A model generated the notes under the pieces. The model was not told where the DNA came from. It searched no databases and saw only the letters and a program-made list of their open reading frames with translations. This document shows, piece by piece, positions 9,295 through 18,174 of a stretch of 51,670 nt of DNA. The DNA is taken from assembly GCA_040260805.1 (NCBI GenBank), contig JBDQPD010000008.1:1-51670 (forward strand), read 5' to 3'. A program made the position numbers and the translations under genes. Each line of letters begins with the position of its first letter. Within the stretch, counting starts at the first letter, position 1. The DNA comes from Myxococcota bacterium. Its GTDB lineage: Bacteria; Myxococcota; UBA4151.

Positions 9295-10473
9295 TTAGAA
9301 GACCTCGCCGAGATCCACATAAAACCCGGTGTAGAAGGACTCGCTAAGTGATTCTGCCGCTGGCGAGTATGCCCAGTCAAAGCGAATGTTGACGCCGGGA
9401 GCGAGGATTAAACGTGGGCCGCCTCCGATCGCCCATGCGGCGTGACCACCTTCGTCAAACTGCCACCATCCTCGCCCGCCTTCTGCAAAGACGTTGAGGT
9501 TGATTTTGATCGACGGTTTGCTTGGTCGCGTGAACTGAACAATCTCGCGACGCAGGGACAGACTCCCCATCGCCTTATAGGGCGCATGGACTCGTCCCCA
9601 CGGGATCCCGCGCAGCGATCGAGCATGCCCAATCATACGCGTCTGCCGCAGGTCACCGCCTCGGGCGAGTTCCTCAAAGGGTACGTCTCCATACATCCCA
9701 TCGAGCCATAGTCGGTAGGCGAGCACTGTATGCTTCGCGACCGGTAGGTAGTGCCGCAGGAGCGCGCTGATACCTACAAACCCTATCGCTTCGTCAAAGA
9801 AACCTGGCGCACCCCGCAGGGTAACAAGATGGTGCTGGCCTCTGCGTGTGCCAAAGCGGCGGTCTCGCGAGTCAAAGGACAACCCCACCCAGGGTTGAAG
9901 CGTCAGATGCGGCTCGGCGCCGATTAAACGCGGTTGATCGAGAAGATCAAGGGCAAGCTGGCTGCCATCGGGCGCGACGGATTCCGCATATTTGAGATCG
10001 AATCCAGCGAGCCCTTTCCAGTTCTTGTTCGTGGTCAGGTCACCGCTTATGAACCCTCTTAGGTGTGGTTCTGTGCTCTGATATTGATAAAATTTTTCGC
10101 GCGGCGCTGGCGGCGGTGCTTCGGCTGAGCCGGAAGCCAGGCCAAAGTAGCCTGCGTCTAAAATACGCTCGAAACGTCCCTCGACCCAAAGCTTAACACC
10201 AGGGATAAGGTCTGGTTTTTCGAAGCGAAGGAAGTGCCTTTGCAGCGGCCAAAAGCGCTCGCCGTCAACCTCTTTTAGGCTCGTTGAGCTGTGCGCTTGG
10301 AGTTGCCAGCGGAAGTCACCCATGTCGTCGGGTTTGGTCATGATACCGAACAGACCCATGACGAATCCTAGGTCCGAGTCACCACCGAACATCGGCATGA
10401 ACACGACACTCAGATTGGGCTCAATGGGCTCAGGGGCAGGTGAGCCGAGCGCCAGAGCAAGCGCGAGGATCAT
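9295..10473 (-). CDS. Omp85/BamA-TamA family beta-barrel without obvious POTRA domains
   Basis: ATG 10473 overlaps the upstream TGA; P..GGDSDLG, FDSRDR, SLRGIPWGR (variant of LRGY), GGGPR, C-terminal YVDLGEVF; about 392 aa. Confidence 0.75.
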   Translation of the reverse strand: MILALALALGSPAPEPIEPNLSVVFMPMFGGDSDLGFVMGLFGIMTKPDDMGDFRWQLQAHSSTSLKEVDGERFWPLQRHFLRFEKPDLIPGVKLWVEGRFERILDAGYFGLASGSAEAPPPAPREKFYQYQSTEPHLRGFISGDLTTNKNWKGLAGFDLKYAESVAPDGSQLALDLLDQPRLIGAEPHLTLQPWVGLSFDSRDRRFGTRRGQHHLVTLRGAPGFFDEAIGFVGISALLRHYLPVAKHTVLAYRLWLDGMYGDVPFEELARGGDLRQTRMIGHARSLRGIPWGRVHAPYKAMGSLSLRREIVQFTRPSKPSIKINLNVFAEGGRGWWQFDEGGHAAWAIGGGPRLILAPGVNIRFDWAYSPAAESLSESFYTGFYVDLGEVF

Positions 10474-13382
10474 CGAGGCAGGCGCGTTACCATCGTCGCA
10501 GTGGGGACGAACATGGCACCCCAACACTGAAGCGCGCCGCTGTTCGAGAGCGCGCAGGTGCTGTTGAAAGTCGAAAAGATCAGGCTTTGTCGCTGTAAGG
10601 GGGTGCTCTGTATGTTGATCACGTCAGCATGGTTGGTTTCAACGCGCGACTGGTTTCCGCGGCCCAGCTGCCCGTCAGCGTTGGCGCCCCAGCAGCTGAC
10701 CCGTCCAGCTTGAGTCAGCACGCAGGTGTGCGCCTCTCCGAGCGCTAGGTCGGTCGCAAAACTGAAGCCACCTACGGATGAAGGAGTGACCAAATTCCGG
10801 TCGATATCGGGTCGCGCCTGCCGTGAACGATTGTCGCCCCAGCAAACGACGCTGCCCTCGCCAACGAGAGCGCACGCGTGTCGCTTCCCTGCGCGCAGCA
10901 GGGTTGCGCTTGTGACTCCATTGGGCGCTGCGTGGTTGATGCATCGCTGCTGGGCTTGCCCGCACGACCCCTCTTGTTCCGCTTGAAATCCTAGCTGGTT
11001 TCGGTCGTTATCGCCCCAGCAACGCACAGCGCCTTCGACGTTTGTATAGCAGCCGAAGTCCTCACCAAGCGCCAGCTCGCGTGCATCCGTGACAGGGTTT
11101 CGATCAGATAGGTAGGATGCCGAGCCCTGTGTGACTTGCGATGCCGTCAGAGGGTTTTGACTCGGGTAGGTCCCATTACCCAGCGGCATGGTGCCCCAAC
11201 ACCAGAGCTCGCCTGATTGCGTGCGAGCACAGGCTCCGTTGTACCCGACGGCGATGTCCCGAACGCCAGAGATCAGATCATTATCTGGCAAAACCACAGG
11301 CTGAACGTCGCCTCGTCGGCTTGGCTCTTCGCCTCGACCGAGCTGACCGCCGCCCCAGCACAGCACTTCGCCTAGATGGGTCCTTGCGCAGACCATGGAT
11401 CCATTAGCCGACGCTTGGACGATGCCTGCGGGTAGGTCATCGCGCCTCTGGAGCGGTAGATCGTTTGCTTGGTTTGAGTGCCGGACCTGCCCTGAGCTGT
11501 TGTTCCCTTGGCAAAACACGCGGCCCATGCTGCTGGTCGCGCAGAAGAATCTGTTCCCTCCAGAGAGTGAGCGCCCACGAACCAATCGGCAGTTGGCTGA
11601 GCACTCATCTGTGCCGCCTGGCGCGCCAGTATCGCATTCTTCGGCGCCGTCGATTCTGCCGTTGCCGCAGCGAAACGCTCGGGCAGAGCGCGTGGTCGGC
11701 AGCAGGTCGCGAGTTGGGGGTTGCTGGGCATCCTCATCGCTCTCAAGCTGCGCTTCTTGGTTTAGGTTTTGTACTACTAGATTGAGCGACTGCTCTGCGC
11801 CGTTGTTCAACAATGAGTTATCTCGCAAGGTGACCTGAGAGTTTCCGCTCAGATCCGCTCGCAAGGCGTAAGCGCCCCAGTCAGCCATATCAGCGACCAC
11901 ACCTGCCGTCGCATTGTTGCTGACGGTGTTGGTGATCAGGCGGATGTTTTTTGAGTCAAAGAGCGCCACGCCGTACGCCATCGCCGCATCCGAACCCAAG
12001 GGCCCGATCTCGCCGGTCGAGGTGCCGGTAACGGTGTTGCTGACCAGCATAATTTCGGCAGAGTTGCGCAGCAACTCAACACCAATCCCCACGGCGCTTG
12101 TGACCTGGTTGTTAGACAGCGTTGCAGCGCCCGGTTCCATTAAGTCGATGACGCAAATGCCCGCATCGCCTGAGCCATTAATGGTGTTGCTGCTCAACTG
12201 ATAGCTTGCGCTCCCTTCACCGACTACAATCCCTGCGCCCACGATGCTGGTGAAGTTGTTCTCGCTGACGGTGATCGTTGCGCCGGCTTGGTTACCGATC
12301 AAGCTGATGCCGTCACCGCTGACTTGAGCGCCGAATGTGTTGCCGCTGATCTGCCCCGACAGGCTGCTCTCCATCACCACCAGGGCGTCACCGCCCACAG
12401 CCTCGAAGTCATTACCGCTGACGCGGAACACGCCTTCGCCGCCTAAGGGCCCTAAAAAGACACCCTCGCCGCCTAGTGGCCCTAAGAAATGGTTGTCTCC
12501 GACGATGACGCTCGACAGCGAGCCATGCGCGCCAAATCCGGCGCCATTAACCTCAGCTATGGTGTTGTTCTCAAAGGTGATCTCAGACCCAGACTCAACG
12601 TCGATCGCGTAGTCCCCGGCGATCGGACCCTTAAAGTGGTTGTCTCCGACGATGACGCTCGAGAGCGGACCGCTCACACCGAGCGCAACGTCGGTTGTTT
12701 GCTCAATCGTATTGTTTGAGAGCGTCACGCTCGCCACGTTGTCGATGGCGATCGCTTGGTGCGACTGAGCGAAGATGGTTTGGTGAATGGTGACGCTGGA
12801 GGCTTCGTTCGCGACCACCGCTCGCCCTGAGTCGCCATCGGCGGTGTTGACGAGGGTCATCCCCCAAAGTCGCAATGAATCCCCGGTACCGGCGCTCAGG
12901 GGGCCACGAACACCCAAGGACAGCGTGGTTTGCTCCGGACAGGCGCCGATGACGGTCAGATCACCGACCTGAGGAAGCGCTAAGTCGTGCGTGCCTTTGG
13001 ACAGGACCACAATGGCGCTGTCGACGCCGTTAGATAGGGCAGGGATTGTGGTCGTGGCGCGGTCCTGGCTCGATCCGTCCCCGTTGCCATTCGGGCTTAC
13101 GTAGATGACCTGTGTCGAACCTGCACCGGCGATCCAGGCGTGTCCGATCGCAAAATCGCCGTCGCCACAGAGGGCCTGAGCTCCTAAGCCTTCACCTAGA
13201 CAGAGTCCGGAGACGGGATCCGTTTGGTCGCAGTTCGCAATGCCGGCGTCGATGTCTCCACTATCCGCAGTGCCGGCGTCGAGAGTCGGTATGCCACTGT
13301 CTGCTGTTCCAGGTACTGGCTGGTTGTCGCTGCATCCCCAGGTTGAAAGAAGTGCGAGCGCGAAGAATTGACTGCGAAGCAT
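10470..13382 (-). CDS. Large lipoprotein: right-handed beta-helix, Myxo Cys-rich repeat and RCC1-like repeats
   Basis: Lipobox TWGC, DSG/DAG linker, many xLSNNT/xSGNxF coils, one CGNG..EECD repeat, then repeated C....G...CWG RCC1 blades. Likely start ATG 13382. Confidence 0.8.
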   Translation of the reverse strand: MLRSQFFALALLSTWGCSDNQPVPGTADSGIPTLDAGTADSGDIDAGIANCDQTDPVSGLCLGEGLGAQALCGDGDFAIGHAWIAGAGSTQVIYVSPNGNGDGSSQDRATTTIPALSNGVDSAIVVLSKGTHDLALPQVGDLTVIGACPEQTTLSLGVRGPLSAGTGDSLRLWGMTLVNTADGDSGRAVVANEASSVTIHQTIFAQSHQAIAIDNVASVTLSNNTIEQTTDVALGVSGPLSSVIVGDNHFKGPIAGDYAIDVESGSEITFENNTIAEVNGAGFGAHGSLSSVIVGDNHFLGPLGGEGVFLGPLGGEGVFRVSGNDFEAVGGDALVVMESSLSGQISGNTFGAQVSGDGISLIGNQAGATITVSENNFTSIVGAGIVVGEGSASYQLSSNTINGSGDAGICVIDLMEPGAATLSNNQVTSAVGIGVELLRNSAEIMLVSNTVTGTSTGEIGPLGSDAAMAYGVALFDSKNIRLITNTVSNNATAGVVADMADWGAYALRADLSGNSQVTLRDNSLLNNGAEQSLNLVVQNLNQEAQLESDEDAQQPPTRDLLPTTRSARAFRCGNGRIDGAEECDTGAPGGTDECSANCRLVRGRSLSGGNRFFCATSSMGRVFCQGNNSSGQVRHSNQANDLPLQRRDDLPAGIVQASANGSMVCARTHLGEVLCWGGGQLGRGEEPSRRGDVQPVVLPDNDLISGVRDIAVGYNGACARTQSGELWCWGTMPLGNGTYPSQNPLTASQVTQGSASYLSDRNPVTDARELALGEDFGCYTNVEGAVRCWGDNDRNQLGFQAEQEGSCGQAQQRCINHAAPNGVTSATLLRAGKRHACALVGEGSVVCWGDNRSRQARPDIDRNLVTPSSVGGFSFATDLALGEAHTCVLTQAGRVSCWGANADGQLGRGNQSRVETNHADVINIQSTPLQRQSLIFSTFNSTCALSNSGALQCWGAMFVPTATMVTRLPR

Positions 13383-13431
13383 AATTGATCCCTCGAGTGG
13401 CACCTAAGCATAGGCGGCCTTGCGTGCAAGC

Positions 13432-16194
13432 TTAGGGTAGCCGCGAATACAACCCGTTGCTCCTCAAAACCGCTATTTCTGTATTTCCAAGATTGAAAAA
13501 GTAGCCCCAGCATCGAACCTGGCGGTCGCTTCGTAGCGTGCAGGTGTGTCCGTGACCTACGGTTAATTCTTCGATCGCCAAGGCGCGCTCAACGTTGCTC
13601 ATCGGAACAACGGTAGGGCTCACCGCCGGGCTTTGTGTTCGGTCACCCGACCACAGCGCAGGCTCTCGACCCCAGCATTTGAGGTCCCCCGAAGTGATAT
13701 CCACAAGACATCCGTGCTGGTGCCCAAGGGCGTAGTGAGACACGCCGAAAACTCCATCGACTCTGCTGGGCCCGACGCCCCTTTCCGGGTCGTCCGTTCC
13801 CTCACCCGAGGTTGGCGGTAAACTGGTGTCATCGGTGGGTCCCCAGCAGAACAGCTTGTTGTTCGCATTGAGCATGCCACAGGCCGAACGCCCGGTGCCG
13901 ATCGACAAAACGTGGGGAATATCGACCACCAGCGGAGCCGTAGAGCAGGTCAACGAGAAGTCGTCGCAGACGCTGTCTGATGATTGGCCGAGTTGGCGAT
14001 AGCTGTTCAGCCCCCAACACGCCACCTGGCCCGTCTCTGATCGAGTGCAGATGAATTGGTTGCCGACGCTGATGTCGGCGGCTTGATGTGGCTGTTCAAA
14101 GCCGGGACGTTCAGCACATGCCCTGGAGGCGCTGGGGGACCTTTGACCATGCTGCGCAGCACCCCAACAAAAGATGTCTCCATTAACCGTCACCGCGCAG
14201 GTTGTGTTTTGGTGAGTTGAGATCGAGCGGATCTCTTCGAGCGTTTCGTCTGCGTTTCTCATGACGACCGCAGGAGCGGTTGAGTCCATATCGAGCGTGC
14301 AATCTCCAACCTGTCCATAAGTCCGGTCGCCCCAGCATAGCACTTGCCCGTCAGTCGTTAACGCGCAGGCATGGTCTCGGCCTGCGGCGACGCTGGTGAA
14401 ATGATAATCGCCGAGGTCGATTGGTGTGATCGCGCTGAGCCGCTGCATGCCATCGAGATCCGGGTTGGCTACGCCTGGCTGCAAGATCTCCGATTTCACA
14501 TTAGCGCCGATACAGTACACTTGGTAATCGCTGCCGATAAAGCACGAGAAGTGTCTCCCCGATGCGCTACGTTGTGTGTCGATGAGCGTGCAGTCGTCGT
14601 TGCATACGCTTCGGGTCTGCACATCTTCTGGATCACAGTCCTCCGCGCCGTTGACCTCGCCGTCGCCGCAGCGGGCGCGCCCGGAGCGTCGCCCTGTGGG
14701 AAGGGGGTCACCGAGGTCCGGCAAGCTCTGTGCACCTACATCGCTTGAGCGCTCCGTTTCGGGAGGTTCGTTTTGCGAGATCTCGTTGATCGGGTTGTCG
14801 GCATACTCGTTTTCTCGGTTTTCAAGCGTGCAAGCGCCCGACAAATCCGAGCGCCTAAGGTAGTTGTTCCATCCCGCAAGATCATAGATGACGCCGGCTG
14901 TCGGGTTGTTCTTGATCACGTTGTTGGTCATCGAGATGTTGCCGCTGTCTAAGACCAGCGCGCCAAAGGCGTACTGTTCGTCGCCCCCGACTTCGGGGGG
15001 GAGCGCAGTGTTTGAGAGGGTGTTGCCGGTGATGTTCATCTGGGCGCTGCTGCGCTCGATGACCAACGCGGCGTTGGTGGCGCCGTTGATCTGGTTGTTG
15101 GTGACGTTCACGGCGCCGCTTCGAGCGTCGAGAATCAGAATGCCTGCGCCCATAGCGCCTGGTCCAGGCGCGCTGATGACGTTGCCGCTCAGCGTGGCTC
15201 CGCCGGTGATCTCTTGCACAGTTAACGCATGACCGGCGACCGACTCAAAGCGGTTGTTTTCGATGGAGACCATCGCCTGCGCTGGTCCTACGAACACCCC
15301 TTCGCCGCCGAGTGGACCTAAGAAGTGGTTGTCTCCCACGATCACACTACTGGCTGCATCGACGATGGTGAGCGCGTTGCCGGCGACCGATTCAAAGGTG
15401 TTGCCGGTGACGCGAAAGACGCCTTCGCCGCCTAAGGGACCAAGGAACACCCCTTCGCCGCCAAGCGGGCCGAGGAAATGGTTATCGCCGACGATCACAC
15501 TGCTGAGCGGACCGCGCACGCCCAAGCCCTTGGCGCCGATGGCCCCAAAGGTGTTGTGGCTTAGCGTGACGCTTCCCTCAACAACGAGCGCATTGGCTGC
15601 GCTCGTCCACACTGTCTGGTGCGCCTCGAGCGCGCCGGCTCCTGTAAACTCGACGACGGCTTGCTCGCCCGTGAGGTTGTCGCCTCGCATGGCGAGTCCC
15701 CAGAGCTTTAACGTTTGACCCGCTGATCGGCTCAGCGGACCGCCTGCTCCAAGCGAGATGTTGGATTCGGCAGCGCATCGCCCAATGATCGTGAGCTGGC
15801 CTGGGAGCGTATCGCCGAGCTCAAAGGTGCCCGCACCGAGCATGAGCACGACCGAATCACCAGCGCCGGTCAGCGCGGCTTGAACGCTGCCTGCCGGAGC
15901 GCTTTGGGAGCGTCCGTCGCCGGCGCCGTCAGCGGTGACGTAGCGGACGGTCTGTGCGCCGTTTAGCCAGATGTGATCATCGCTAAAGGGGGTCAAAGGA
16001 CAGCTCGCCCCGGCACCTAAGCCCTCAAGGCAACGCCCGGCTAAGCTCTCCGTAGCGCCTTCGCAGGGTTCCGGGTTGGCGCCGGCATCGCTCGATGGTC
16101 CAGCGTCAGCCACTGGCAGCGGTACCGGCTCCGGCAGTAAGTTTGAACAAGCGAGGAGCCAAGAGCTCGCAAGCACCGTCAGCATGCATCTCAT
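13432..16194 (-). CDS. Paralogous beta-helix + Cys-rich + RCC1-repeat lipoprotein
   Basis: Same architecture as the neighbour (CL.GLGA, YV...G.GDG.SQ, W..Y..R.DLSG, CWG repeats); lipobox LLAC; GGGGAG RBS; start 16194 or 16203. Confidence 0.8.
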   Translation of the reverse strand: MRCMLTVLASSWLLACSNLLPEPVPLPVADAGPSSDAGANPEPCEGATESLAGRCLEGLGAGASCPLTPFSDDHIWLNGAQTVRYVTADGAGDGRSQSAPAGSVQAALTGAGDSVVLMLGAGTFELGDTLPGQLTIIGRCAAESNISLGAGGPLSRSAGQTLKLWGLAMRGDNLTGEQAVVEFTGAGALEAHQTVWTSAANALVVEGSVTLSHNTFGAIGAKGLGVRGPLSSVIVGDNHFLGPLGGEGVFLGPLGGEGVFRVTGNTFESVAGNALTIVDAASSVIVGDNHFLGPLGGEGVFVGPAQAMVSIENNRFESVAGHALTVQEITGGATLSGNVISAPGPGAMGAGILILDARSGAVNVTNNQINGATNAALVIERSSAQMNITGNTLSNTALPPEVGGDEQYAFGALVLDSGNISMTNNVIKNNPTAGVIYDLAGWNNYLRRSDLSGACTLENRENEYADNPINEISQNEPPETERSSDVGAQSLPDLGDPLPTGRRSGRARCGDGEVNGAEDCDPEDVQTRSVCNDDCTLIDTQRSASGRHFSCFIGSDYQVYCIGANVKSEILQPGVANPDLDGMQRLSAITPIDLGDYHFTSVAAGRDHACALTTDGQVLCWGDRTYGQVGDCTLDMDSTAPAVVMRNADETLEEIRSISTHQNTTCAVTVNGDIFCWGAAQHGQRSPSASRACAERPGFEQPHQAADISVGNQFICTRSETGQVACWGLNSYRQLGQSSDSVCDDFSLTCSTAPLVVDIPHVLSIGTGRSACGMLNANNKLFCWGPTDDTSLPPTSGEGTDDPERGVGPSRVDGVFGVSHYALGHQHGCLVDITSGDLKCWGREPALWSGDRTQSPAVSPTVVPMSNVERALAIEELTVGHGHTCTLRSDRQVRCWGYFFNLGNTEIAVLRSNGLYSRLP

Positions 16195-16302
16195 CAGAAC
16201 CATCTCCCCGTAGCCGTTGGTAGAGTAGCTCACTTGAACAACTGAGCACAGGGGCCTTGCATCGGATAGCTAGGCTGCGGCAACTGCGAGTAGAGGTGTT
16301 TT

Positions 16303-17079
16303 ATGTATGTTGTGTTGTCGCCCGCGAAAAAGCTCAATGAAGGTCCCTGCGTCGAAGGCTTAGGCCGCAGCCAGCTTGACCTCAGTGATGACCTCCAGCA
16401 GCTCATGGAGGTCGCCAGGCCGCTTGAGCCGTCAAGCTTGCGCCAGCTCATGGGGATCTCCGAGTCCTTAGCCGAGCTCAACGCCAAGCGGTTTGAGTCC
16501 ATGCAGTGGCCGATGACCGCCGACAATGCGCGGCAAGCGGCCTTGCTCTTCGCGGGGGACACCTACACCGGCCTCGACGCTGCCAGCTTGACGGCTGAAG
16601 ATCTCGAGTGGGCGCAAGACCACGTGGGTATTTTATCCGGTCTTTACGGTCTGCTGCGCCCCTTGGATTTGATTCAGCCTTATCGCCTCGAGATGGGCAC
16701 CAAGCTCGCCAACGGACGCGGCAAAAACCTCTACGCGTTCTGGGGCGACCGCTTAGCCCAGTTGATCGATCAGCGGCTGGCGGATCACTCCGAAAAGATC
16801 GTCGTCAATTGTGCATCGAACGAATACTTTAAGGCCGCAGGCACCAAGGCGCTCAGCGCCCAAGTCGTCACGCCGATCTTCCTTGAGCAAAAGGGGGACG
16901 TGGTGAAGACGATCAGCTTTTTAGCAAAAAAGGCGCGCGGCGCCATGGCCCGCTACGTGATCTCGAATCGTCTGACTCAAGCCGATCACCTGCAAGGTTT
17001 CGACCAGCTCGGTTACCGCTATGACGCCGGCCGGAGCTCCGACGGCAAGCCGACCTTTGTGGCGGTGCGCGCCGCCTGA
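16303..17079 (+). CDS. yaaA: Peroxide stress protein YaaA (UPF0246)
   Basis: LSPAKKL, LMGISESLA.LN, F.GDTY.GL, ILSGLYGLLRPLDLIQPYRLEMGT, AKKARG.MAR; 258 aa. Confidence 0.95.
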   Translation: MYVVLSPAKKLNEGPCVEGLGRSQLDLSDDLQQLMEVARPLEPSSLRQLMGISESLAELNAKRFESMQWPMTADNARQAALLFAGDTYTGLDAASLTAEDLEWAQDHVGILSGLYGLLRPLDLIQPYRLEMGTKLANGRGKNLYAFWGDRLAQLIDQRLADHSEKIVVNCASNEYFKAAGTKALSAQVVTPIFLEQKGDVVKTISFLAKKARGAMARYVISNRLTQADHLQGFDQLGYRYDAGRSSDGKPTFVAVRAA

Positions 17080-17133
17080 GGGTCTCGCTATGGCGGCTTG
17101 TCTTGGGAGGGTACCTCAGGCAAGCACTTGGCT

Positions 17134-18174
17134 ATGTTCTTACGCATTCTTTGTATGATGTTGTCCGTGAGCTTGGTGGGCGTCGACTCCGAAGCCCTTG
17201 CTCATGTCCCTGACGATCGAATCGAGCGAAAAAGCAGCGCCTGGGTTGCGGCGCGCAAGCGGCGAAAGAAACGTCGTCGAAAACGGTCGAGGCGCAAGCG
17301 TGCGGTCAAGAAGAAGGTGGTCGTGCCGGCGGTAAAGCCAGAACCTAAGCCCAAGCCGGTGGTCGAAGAGCCCGCAAAAACGGAACCGACTAAAGCGGTA
17401 GAGAAATCGCCGGCGAAAGAAGAGATCCCAGGCATCGCCGTGATGAGCGTCAAGCCGGTGCACGGGATCTCGAGTGGTGTCGCCGATTTGGTCAACGAGA
17501 TGATCCTCGTTCGGCTCAAGAACACGAACCGTTTTTCGAGCGTCGTCGGTGGCTCGGATATGGCGGCGATGATCGATCTAGAAGCGCAAAAGCAGGCGCT
17601 TGGTTGCGATGAAGAGAGCTGCTTAGCCGAGCTCGGCGGTGCCCTTGGAGTACCCTACATGCTCAACGCCAGCATTGGCAAAATGGGCAGCCTGATCGTG
17701 CTAACCGTCAAGGTGATCGCTGTAGAAGAAGCCAAGGTTGATGTGCGACAGATTCTGCGCGCCAAAGACGAAGGCGCGCTAGCTGACGGTATTGACGGCT
17801 TAGTGGATAAGGCGGTGGTCGATCTGCTCGGAGCGTCAAAAGGGGCGCCCTTAGCAGCCGATGCGCAACCCAGCCCGCCGCAGGCTGTCGCCATGCCGTC
17901 GGTCGTCGCTGCATCTAAAGGTTCCTCAAGTGGTAGTTGGCTCAAGTGGAGCGGGGCAACGGTGGGTTTACTCGGTGCAACCTATGCTGCCGCACGGCAG
18001 GTGGTGTGGATCGACGCTCAGTCCGAGTTTGACCGAAAAGTGACCGAAGGCGTTGCGCTCGACAGCACTGAGGTTGAAGTCCTCAGCCGACAGGCGGACC
18101 AGAGCAACGTCGAGGTCGGCGCAGGGCTTGCGGTGAGCGGACTTGGTTTTGCGTTGATGTGGTGGGGGTGGTGA
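17134..18174 (+). CDS. Exported protein with basic stretch, CsgG/TolB-N-like domain and Gly-rich hydrophobic C-terminus
   Basis: Signal-like N-terminus; RKRRKKRRRKRSRRKR; QKQALGCDEESCLAELGGALG motif common in myxobacterial PEGA-associated proteins; two Gly-rich hydrophobic segments at the end. Confidence 0.6.
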   Translation: MFLRILCMMLSVSLVGVDSEALAHVPDDRIERKSSAWVAARKRRKKRRRKRSRRKRAVKKKVVVPAVKPEPKPKPVVEEPAKTEPTKAVEKSPAKEEIPGIAVMSVKPVHGISSGVADLVNEMILVRLKNTNRFSSVVGGSDMAAMIDLEAQKQALGCDEESCLAELGGALGVPYMLNASIGKMGSLIVLTVKVIAVEEAKVDVRQILRAKDEGALADGIDGLVDKAVVDLLGASKGAPLAADAQPSPPQAVAMPSVVAASKGSSSGSWLKWSGATVGLLGATYAAARQVVWIDAQSEFDRKVTEGVALDSTEVEVLSRQADQSNVEVGAGLAVSGLGFALMWWGW

